From NCBI GenBank assembly GCA_964584805.1, contig CAZPAY010000003.1, positions 1,889 through 65,888 of the forward strand: DNA of 64,000 bases, written 5' to 3'. Source of the DNA: an uncultured Planctomycetales bacterium. GTDB lineage: Bacteria; Planctomycetota; UBA1135. Below are positions 41,042 to 48,480 of the stretch, piece after piece. Position numbers and translations under genes: made by a program. Every line of letters starts with the position of its first letter. The first letter of the stretch is position 1. The notes beneath the pieces are model-generated. The model saw nothing but the letters and a program-made list of their open reading frames with translations, made no database searches and was not told the origin of the DNA.

Positions 41042-41749
41042 TTAAAGTGAAACACCGGATGGGGAGTCGAGCCCCCAGCAAGCGAGTCGATACAGAGGTA
41101 GCAGACGCAAGAGGTCTGCGACAATGCCATCGTCAAAATCTTCGGCGGCGGCATCAACGGCCGCTGCGGGCATCCTAGCCATGATTTCAACGATGTTTTG
41201 CCCTGGCTGCAGAGTGCCGGCCAAATCACGCCAATCACGCGGAGTCATTTTTTCGAGTGCCCGTGCGCCTTTGCGGTCAATCTCTAGCGAAAACCCGGGC
41301 GCAAGATGGGCGGCCTGAACCAACTCGTTTTGCCCTGGCTTTTCTTCGGCTCGCTTAAGCATTACATTTAAGTCATACCAAGCACCCTTGTCGATCCGCA
41401 GCCCCCACCACGCCCCCTGACGATCAAGGCCGAGTTGAAAATGCATGTTATTAACCGCGGAATCCAAATCTTTCCCCAGCTCACGGCCCAAAAACATCTG
41501 CAGGCTCTTTCGCGATTTCTTGTCTCGGAATAACATCGTGCGTTGACGGCGGACGCGCTTGCCGTTGCTGGCATGTGGGTTGTGCAAACTCTCGCGGCGG
41601 TCGAGGCCTAACCCCTCAGCGGCGAATGCAGCCTTTGCCGCATCACCCACCGCTTGCAGCCTGCGGCGGATATCAAGGCGGCGCCCATTCCATTCCGGGT
41701 CAGATTGGAAGCGGTCATCGTAGAGCTCAAAGTCGGCGAGAGTAAACAT
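41042..41749 (-). CDS. hypothetical cytoplasmic protein (235 aa), no family recognised
   Basis: Protein-like composition and no signal peptide. It sits between exported proteins in a co-directional array. Confidence 0.55.
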   Translation of the reverse strand: MFTLADFELYDDRFQSDPEWNGRRLDIRRRLQAVGDAAKAAFAAEGLGLDRRESLHNPHASNGKRVRRQRTMLFRDKKSRKSLQMFLGRELGKDLDSAVNNMHFQLGLDRQGAWWGLRIDKGAWYDLNVMLKRAEEKPGQNELVQAAHLAPGFSLEIDRKGARALEKMTPRDWRDLAGTLQPGQNIVEIMARMPAAAVDAAAEDFDDGIVADLLRLLPLYRLACWGLDSPSGVSL

Positions 41750-41783
41750 CGCCGCAAAGCCTAATGCGCGCGCGACTCAACCT

Positions 41784-43721
41784 CTAGTGCTTGGCGAGAT
41801 CGACTTGAACGGATGCACCAGAAGTGATTTCAAACTTTGCGCTCTCAACACCATCGGCAGTTTCGATTTGATACGCACCGGGGCGCAAGCCATGAATCGT
41901 AAATTGACCATCTGCAGTTGTGGTCGGGCCAATTTGTTGCACCAAATACTGCCAATCGGCATCAGCACTAGATGTACGCAACCGCAAATCAACTCGACCA
42001 GCTGATTGCCCTTGTGGTCGCAGTAGGCGCCCATGCAACACGGTCGGCGCATGTTGAAGAGCATGGATTTCAGCGGAGCAATCCGCAGGCACGCGCAATG
42101 GCTGCAAAGCCAGCGCATACTCGCTCAGGTCGTCGCTGATGCCCAAAGTCACAAGGCCGTAATCGCCGTCGGCCAATTCAGTCAGCGCAAAATAACCGTC
42201 AGCATTTGCCGTCGCGCGACGAACAGATTCAGCACCCAGGCGGCCCGTGTACAGAAGGGAGCGCCATTTCAGTTTTGTTTCAGTAGAAAGTTGAGGAACC
42301 TCGGCCTCAAAAACAGAACCCTGAAGGCCGGTGCCACAGTGAATTTCGACCTCGGTTAAACCCGTCGGCATCACGCGCACAACGCTTGTCGAGATGGGAT
42401 ACCCACTAAGATCGGCATCGCCAATCAAGTCAACACGGTAATCGCCCGCAGGGATGCCGTCGACATGGAATCCGCCGTCTACGACCTTGGCAGCAAAAAC
42501 AGCACCGCCGCTTGTGAGCTCAACCCCACTAACGGAAAACTCACCGAACTCATCGCCCGTCATGATGAGCCCCGCCAAAGATGGTGCGGGAGCCAATTCG
42601 ATCAAGAACTCAGGGGCTAACTGCCCCTTAGCGAAGTGCAGCAATTCACTCGACCAAGGCTTGAAGCCAGGCAAGTAGACCCAAAGCCGAAAAGGGTGAC
42701 CGGCACGAACCGCAAGCTCAAAGGCGCCATCGTCGGCCGACTGGTAAGGCACACCAAACTGGCCTGGCGTATCACTCGACTGCGGGTTGGCGACAGGCAC
42801 ATGAAACTGACCATCATTGAGCCGAATATCTTCGAGTGTCACATCAGGGCGGACGGCACGCACTTGCGCCATCGACAAATGGTTGCCATCAATCACCGAA
42901 ACAACTTGCCCACGGAGCTTCGTCACGACGGCATCTATCGGTGACATGCGAATGACCTGATTCGACCACACGGTCGGGCCTTGCATCGTGAGCGACTCTG
43001 TTGAGCCCGAGGCATAACCCTCAGCTTCGATGACCAACTTCATAGACAAAGCCTCAACGGGAAGCCCCACGAAGGAAAAACTGCCATCAATCGTTTGAAT
43101 CTGTCGCTGCATTAAAGTCTGCTGAATGCTATCGCCTTGGCCCATTGGCAACTCAAAGTCAACACGGACTGAATAATCAGTCAAAGCCTCAACCGTAACC
43201 TCATCAGAAACTACACAACTGACCGCGGAATGCGACCGAGGGGAAAAGGCCCAAGCCTGCTGAGACTCGAAGGCATTCACCTGAAAGCGCAAGGTTTCAT
43301 TCGCCCAAGCATCGCCGAAAATCCGAAGCTCATAATCACCCGGGGAAAGATCCGAAGCTGAGTAAAGAGCCTCTTCGGGAAGCCAGCGGAGCTCTACATT
43401 TTGGCCAGTGTCGATTTCTGACAAAGCCAAGTCGGGGTACAAAATAGGGATTCCCAACCACTCAGGTTGCAAGAGCAAGGTTATCGATTCTGCCTGCAAC
43501 TCTTCTCTTGAAGCCGCTAACTGGCCTGACTCATCTCGGATTCCATGACTTGCCGCAACAGGCTGAGAGCCTTCGCCTTGCCATGTAGCCGTTTCTGCCT
43601 GTGCCTCATTGAGCCCGACTGGTCTCGCTGGAAAACCCGAGAAAACCGCAACTACCGCAACAAATGCGGCTAGTGCGAGAAAACTAATGAAAGCACGCTG
43701 AACGCGCATGAGTAGATGCAT
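41784..43721 (-). CDS. exported protein with repeated carboxypeptidase-regulatory-like (Ig-like) domains
   Basis: An N-terminal signal/anchor. Recurrent DGxF...L.PGDY motifs: GDYELRIFGD, GDYRVDLIGD, GDYGLVTLG, GAYQIETADG. Confidence 0.6.
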   Translation of the reverse strand: MHLLMRVQRAFISFLALAAFVAVVAVFSGFPARPVGLNEAQAETATWQGEGSQPVAASHGIRDESGQLAASREELQAESITLLLQPEWLGIPILYPDLALSEIDTGQNVELRWLPEEALYSASDLSPGDYELRIFGDAWANETLRFQVNAFESQQAWAFSPRSHSAVSCVVSDEVTVEALTDYSVRVDFELPMGQGDSIQQTLMQRQIQTIDGSFSFVGLPVEALSMKLVIEAEGYASGSTESLTMQGPTVWSNQVIRMSPIDAVVTKLRGQVVSVIDGNHLSMAQVRAVRPDVTLEDIRLNDGQFHVPVANPQSSDTPGQFGVPYQSADDGAFELAVRAGHPFRLWVYLPGFKPWSSELLHFAKGQLAPEFLIELAPAPSLAGLIMTGDEFGEFSVSGVELTSGGAVFAAKVVDGGFHVDGIPAGDYRVDLIGDADLSGYPISTSVVRVMPTGLTEVEIHCGTGLQGSVFEAEVPQLSTETKLKWRSLLYTGRLGAESVRRATANADGYFALTELADGDYGLVTLGISDDLSEYALALQPLRVPADCSAEIHALQHAPTVLHGRLLRPQGQSAGRVDLRLRTSSADADWQYLVQQIGPTTTADGQFTIHGLRPGAYQIETADGVESAKFEITSGASVQVDLAKH

Positions 43722-43770
43722 GCCGCCTTAACGGCTGAAAAAAGGTGCACTTAAGTAAAAAACTCAAAAA

Positions 43771-44226
43771 TTAGACCTGGACGGCTGTCATGCCCTTGCG
43801 GACACAGCGATAACCGCCGCCAAGATACCAAGGCTTTTTGCAGCACTCATAAATGTAGCGCAGGCGGATGCAGCCACCCGCTTCACAATAAAACTCACCC
43901 CAAGCAGTTGAGTCGAAACCTGTTTTCTTTGTGCCGCAATCAACCGCAGCCCCGTCAGAATTCGTACCTGAGACATCGACCTTGACATCGTAATCGATAC
44001 GGACCTTTTTCATTTGCGAAGCAGTGTTGCATTCAACGCTAACACCATCGCCAGTGGCCGAAAAGCACTCTTCGGTTTCAACGAGATCGCCACCACCTGG
44101 CAAGGGCACCCGATGAGGCTCGCCCAGCTCTGTTGCAGAGGATGGAGAAACCAAAAGCACATAAAGCAACCCAGCGCTAACTGAGCCAATCAATCGCATG
44201 AGTAAGGACTGCATCATGTCACCCAT
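43771..44226 (-). CDS. small secreted cysteine-rich protein (151 aa)
   Basis: An N-terminal hydrophobic segment and nine Cys in the mature part, including ECCK. No family recognised. Confidence 0.5.
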   Translation of the reverse strand: MGDMMQSLLMRLIGSVSAGLLYVLLVSPSSATELGEPHRVPLPGGGDLVETEECFSATGDGVSVECNTASQMKKVRIDYDVKVDVSGTNSDGAAVDCGTKKTGFDSTAWGEFYCEAGGCIRLRYIYECCKKPWYLGGGYRCVRKGMTAVQV

Positions 44227-44300
44227 GCTAAGGATGGCGCGTGAAAGGTCTATAAAGTTGCAAAACTAGATGTGGGGCGCTTTACGCATAGGGAACACAA

Positions 44301-44338
44301 TAAAAAATGCGACCCCAACACCGAGGTGCCAGGGCCGC
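44301..44338 (-). terminator. intrinsic terminator inside the leader upstream of 43771..44226
   Basis: On the minus-strand RNA: GCGGCCCU-(14 nt)-GGGGUCGC (6 WC + 2 GU pairs), immediately followed by AUUUUUUAUU. Confidence 0.45.
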
Positions 44339-44441
44339 AACTCCATCCCCTCAGATGGCACCTTTCGGTGTTAACCTATCGCTACCCAAAAAAGCGGGCT
44401 TAAACAGGAAAAGTTAGATTGCCCCAAAGGGCAACTTGCGC

Positions 44442-44470
44442 AGTATAGATAATCAAAGGCTCGGTGGCAA
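44442..44470 (-). promoter_or_regulatory. sigma-70-like promoter (TTGCCA-17 nt-TATACT)
   Basis: The -35 TTGCCA is at 44470..44465, the spacer is 17 nt, and the -10 TATACT is at 44447..44442. Confidence 0.45.
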
Positions 44471-44521
44471 GCAAGTCTTTTATTTATCGGGGGTTACGGC
44501 AATTTGCAATTTTCTAGCCCG

Positions 44522-44561
44522 TAACAAAAGCAAGGGTCGGCTCCCCCACGGATGCCGACCC
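44522..44561 (-). terminator. intrinsic terminator after the FG-GAP gene
   Basis: GGGTCGGC-(12 nt)-GCCGACCC followed by TTGCTTTTGTT on the minus strand, 26 nt after the stop. Confidence 0.55.
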
Positions 44562-44587
44562 CAGCACATACTGGATCATCGAGATGC

Positions 44588-46252
44588 TTACGGCAAGCGA
44601 TTCAGCATGAAGTAATCCTCTGACTTATCGATGGCAATTCCCCCCATGCTTGGAACATAGAAGTCCAGGTCGCCATCGCCATCGGCGTCGAAAAGAGCGC
44701 CGGAAGCGGTGAAGAGGGTTTGGATCGGACCAGGCGTCCAGAAGCTCATGTCTTTATCAAACATTCCCTCTGTGCCACCTTGCGCGCCACCTTGATTCAA
44801 GAAGAGCGTTGGGTGACCAACGAAAGGAAATGTGCCGGTGCCGAACCATTCGGACGGAAAGAGCATGATGTCAAGGTCGCCATCAAGATCCATGTCGGCC
44901 GCCTGCACGCCGATGTTGATGACACAGTCATCATCACCGTCCGGAATCCAATTTGCGTTTGCATCATCAAAATATCCGGGCTGGCTTGCGCCACGATTCA
45001 AAAGCATGTCGCCGGTAAACTCAGCTCTCAAAGTCAGGTGGCTATTCGCCACGAGGATATCCAGATAACCGTCGCCATTGAGATCTGCAAATGTCGCATC
45101 CGATGACTTATCGCCATCTCCCCAAGCAATCACTGGAAGTTGATTCAAGGAAACATCGGTGAAATTACCAGTGCCATCGTTAGTCAACAAAACATTATTT
45201 GCGCCACCCGTTTTCGTCATTGCGAGATAGATGTCAAGGTCCCCATCGCGGTCGACATCACCAACCGTGCCATTTAAGCACTCTTCCTCGCTTTGATTCC
45301 AATTTGCCGATTCAGTGCCTGCGTCGAGGGTGAATTGGCCATTTTGATTGAGGAAGAGAGAGCCGAGTTGGTGCAGAATTCCACTGCTTCCATATGCCGT
45401 TCCGCCAACCAGATAAAAATCCGAGTAACCGTTACCTGTGAAGTCGCCAACAAGCGCCACATCAATATCTGCAGCTGCGCTAGTAAATTCGGCATGCTTC
45501 AAGAAATGCCCCGAACCGTCATTGGCGTATAACATTGCCGCTAATGGTGCGCCGTTGATGTCAAGGCCACCCGTTGTCAAAAGGTCTGCGTCGCCGTCCA
45601 AATCAAAATCGAAAGTGTAGGCATGGTAGGCGCCTTGATTATCTTGAGGGAGTCGAGATGCAGTTTCATCCGTGAAAGCGCCCGAACCGTTATTGGTTAG
45701 AAAAGCGACACGCGTTTGGTAAGAAATGATGAGGTCGAGATCACCGTCGCGATCGTAATCCACTGAATCGGAATCAGAGCCCATGTCCGTCGAGCTGCCC
45801 ACAGGCAAGGTAGCGCTTACATCTTGCCACATGGCTTTGCGCGATGACTCGCCAAGGACGGCAATGCGAGGTGTTGCCTGATAGAAGCCCGAACGGTGAA
45901 GGACAAATCCTTGTCCGTAAATTCGCTGGCCGGCCATGATGGGTTGGTTTGGCAGAGGGTAGTCGACAGCAAACGCCCCTGTTGAGTCAATCACGCCGTT
46001 AAAGCGATAAGCCCCTGCGGGCAAAATGCCCAAGACAGGATTCGGCGCAGGATAGACGATAGTCGCAGGCTGGCCAAACATCACCGTTGCTGGACGGCCA
46101 ATTTCGGTGGAATGCAGCCGAATGCTGAAGGTTGTGCCACCGTAAAGTCCGCTTGTCTCAAGGTGAGAGTGAGCGGATTCATCTTGGGCGGGAAGGGGAC
46201 CAGCGAGGCAAACGAGGGCCAAGGTAAGGAGAGAGAGTGCGAGGTTTCGCAT
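44588..46252 (-). CDS. secreted FG-GAP/VCBS repeat protein
   Basis: MRNLALSLLTLALVCLAGPLPAQ is a signal peptide. There are multiple D.D.DGD.D calcium-binding FG-GAP repeats (DYDRDGDLDL, DFDLDGDADL, DVDRDGDLDI, DLNGDGYLDI, DMDLDGDLDI, DADGDGDLDF). The ATG at 46252 is preferred over the start at 46378. Confidence 0.8.
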   Translation of the reverse strand: MRNLALSLLTLALVCLAGPLPAQDESAHSHLETSGLYGGTTFSIRLHSTEIGRPATVMFGQPATIVYPAPNPVLGILPAGAYRFNGVIDSTGAFAVDYPLPNQPIMAGQRIYGQGFVLHRSGFYQATPRIAVLGESSRKAMWQDVSATLPVGSSTDMGSDSDSVDYDRDGDLDLIISYQTRVAFLTNNGSGAFTDETASRLPQDNQGAYHAYTFDFDLDGDADLLTTGGLDINGAPLAAMLYANDGSGHFLKHAEFTSAAADIDVALVGDFTGNGYSDFYLVGGTAYGSSGILHQLGSLFLNQNGQFTLDAGTESANWNQSEEECLNGTVGDVDRDGDLDIYLAMTKTGGANNVLLTNDGTGNFTDVSLNQLPVIAWGDGDKSSDATFADLNGDGYLDILVANSHLTLRAEFTGDMLLNRGASQPGYFDDANANWIPDGDDDCVINIGVQAADMDLDGDLDIMLFPSEWFGTGTFPFVGHPTLFLNQGGAQGGTEGMFDKDMSFWTPGPIQTLFTASGALFDADGDGDLDFYVPSMGGIAIDKSEDYFMLNRLP

Positions 46253-46416
46253 GATGCGGTGTTTGGTTTGGTTTGGTGAGATTAAGTGTGTGATGGCGAG
46301 TCTTCTTCTCGCTTGGCAATAAGTTAAATTGAGACTGAATCTCAATGTCACGCCCTTGCCACATGGAGGCACGGCCATTGACGAAAATGTGGCATATCCC
46401 CTGCCACTGAAAGGGC

Positions 46417-46445
46417 TTACGAAATATAAAAAAAGTAGCTATAAA
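46417..46445 (+). promoter_or_regulatory. candidate promoter for the helicase gene (TTACGA-17 nt-TATAAA)
   Basis: Hexamers with 4/6 and 5/6 matches to consensus and a 17-nt spacer, 47 nt upstream of the ATG at 46492. Confidence 0.3.
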
Positions 46446-46491
46446 TCTACATTTGGTTTTTCCTTTCGCGCGCGTCATGCTTTTCGCCGCG

Positions 46492-48480
46492 ATGCGCAAG
46501 CTCCTCTCCTCTCTGAATCCAGAACAACGCCATGCTGTGATGCACACGCAGGGCCCCGTTTTGGTTCTAGCGGGTGCAGGGTCGGGCAAAACGAGGGTGA
46601 TTACCGTCCGCGCGGCCTATTTGATGTCAGGCGGCGTCCCCGCGAAGAACATTTTATGCATGACCTTCACAAAAAAGGCCGCCCGCGAAATGCGAGAGCG
46701 CCTCAAAGGGATGGTGGGCAAAGACCGCGCCGACGGCCTGACGGTTTGCACATTTCATGCTCTGTGTGTGCAGTTGCTGCGCGAAGCTGGAACAAAAATT
46801 GGCTTGCCTGAACGGTTTACGATTTGCGACGCCACGGACCAAATCACGCTTGTGAAAAAAGTTCTGCGCCAACTCCATATCGCTGAAACTTCGGTGCGAC
46901 CATGGGATGTGAAATCAGCAATCTCCCTTTGGAAAAACAGTTTGGTCACGCCCGAGCAGGCGCTCTGCGCAGCTGGTGATGATCGCGAGATCTTGATGGC
47001 GCATGCCTATGAAAAATATGAGGACCGCCTTTTTCGATCGCGCTTACTTGACTTTGATGACTTACTTTTACGCGGCTTACAATTAGTAAAAGAAGACAAA
47101 GCATCGCGCGAATTGTTCCAGAGCCGCTGGCAATATTTAATGGTAGATGAATACCAAGACACGAATGCGCCGCAGTATGAAATCATTAAACATCTCACCG
47201 GCCCGAAACGCAATTTATGCGTAGTTGGTGATGATGACCAAAGCATTTACGGCTGGCGCGGTGCGGATGTAAGCAAGATCCTCAACTTCCCTAAAGATTT
47301 TCATGGTGCCGAAGTGGTGAGGCTCGAGCGCAATTATCGCTCGACGGCACCCATCCTTGAAGCTGCCAATCGAGTGATTGAAAACAATACGACTCGACAC
47401 GACAAGAAGTTGATTCCTGTACTTGAAGGCGGGGGAAAACCGCGCATCATGCAATGCGATGACGAGACTCACGAAGCTCGCATGATTTGTGATGAAATTC
47501 GTTTACGAGTTGAAGGCGGGCAAGCAAGCTATGGCCACCATGCGATCCTTTTCCGCACTCAGACACAACCACGGGCCTTTGAGGCGGAGTTGCGGTCGCG
47601 CGGAATACCCTATGTCCTAGTTGGAGGGATGAGTTTCTTCGACCGCAAAGAGGTAAAGGATGTGCTGTGCTACTTGCGCTTACTTGCCAACCCAGATGAT
47701 GAAAGCGCACTCGTGCGCATCCTTAACGCTCCCCCACGCGGTGTCGGGAAAACCACGCTTTCCAAGGCTGTCGATTGGGCAATTCAGCATGGCATAAGTG
47801 CGAATGCCGCATTCTCTCAAAGTGAAGAGGCCGGCATTTCAAAAGGCCCAGCACGCGCCTACGCCGAACTGCAAAGCTCACTCGACGAATTGCGCAAACA
47901 ACTTGATGACGGTCGCGCGCTCACCGCGGTCATCCGCGACATGATTTCAGCCGTGGATTATCGCGCAGAAGTTGAGCGCACTTATCCAGATGACCAAGAG
48001 CAAATGCTTCGTTGGAATGGTGTAATGGAAATGCTTAACTTTTCAGAGAACTATGAAAAGTCATGCAAGAGGAGAAAAAAGAAATCAAGCCTACAAGGCT
48101 TTCTCGAAGCCATTGTTCTTTCTGCCACAGAGGACACTTCAGCCGAGGATGCAGCCAAACGCGGCTCGGTAACTTTAATGACACTTCACGCCGCCAAAGG
48201 CCTTGAGTTCCCGCGTGTTTACCTCGTCGGGCTAGAAGAGGGTCTGCTTCCACACCGGCGCGCGGCGCTAGAAGACAGTGTGGCCGAAGAGCGGCGCCTA
48301 GCTTATGTTGGAATCACCCGAGCCGAACGCCACTTGACGCTTAGCTTCGCAGTTACGCGCGCCAAAATGGGAAAAGCAAAGACGAGCCATCCCTCACGAT
48401 TCTTGTTTGAGATGACAGGCAAAGACCCTTACGAAGGCTGGGTGCCCATCGAACAGAGCTTTACAGCCCAATCGTCTTGA
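46492..48480 (+). CDS. ATP-dependent DNA helicase, UvrD/PcrA/Rep family
   Basis: LNPEQRHAV, AGAGSGKT, the DEYQDTN motif, YRSTAPIL and VTLMTLHAAKGLEF motifs. Confidence 0.93.
   Translation: MRKLLSSLNPEQRHAVMHTQGPVLVLAGAGSGKTRVITVRAAYLMSGGVPAKNILCMTFTKKAAREMRERLKGMVGKDRADGLTVCTFHALCVQLLREAGTKIGLPERFTICDATDQITLVKKVLRQLHIAETSVRPWDVKSAISLWKNSLVTPEQALCAAGDDREILMAHAYEKYEDRLFRSRLLDFDDLLLRGLQLVKEDKASRELFQSRWQYLMVDEYQDTNAPQYEIIKHLTGPKRNLCVVGDDDQSIYGWRGADVSKILNFPKDFHGAEVVRLERNYRSTAPILEAANRVIENNTTRHDKKLIPVLEGGGKPRIMQCDDETHEARMICDEIRLRVEGGQASYGHHAILFRTQTQPRAFEAELRSRGIPYVLVGGMSFFDRKEVKDVLCYLRLLANPDDESALVRILNAPPRGVGKTTLSKAVDWAIQHGISANAAFSQSEEAGISKGPARAYAELQSSLDELRKQLDDGRALTAVIRDMISAVDYRAEVERTYPDDQEQMLRWNGVMEMLNFSENYEKSCKRRKKKSSLQGFLEAIVLSATEDTSAEDAAKRGSVTLMTLHAAKGLEFPRVYLVGLEEGLLPHRRAALEDSVAEERRLAYVGITRAERHLTLSFAVTRAKMGKAKTSHPSRFLFEMTGKDPYEGWVPIEQSFTAQSS

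Noticed and set aside
40984-41238. N-terminal extension of the metzincin ORF (359-aa version), and similarly 33230..33415, 46253..46378 and 40090..40122
   Set aside because: The extensions overlap neighbouring genes or promoter regions and lack protein-like sequence. Internal ATGs give clean signal peptides or SD sequences.
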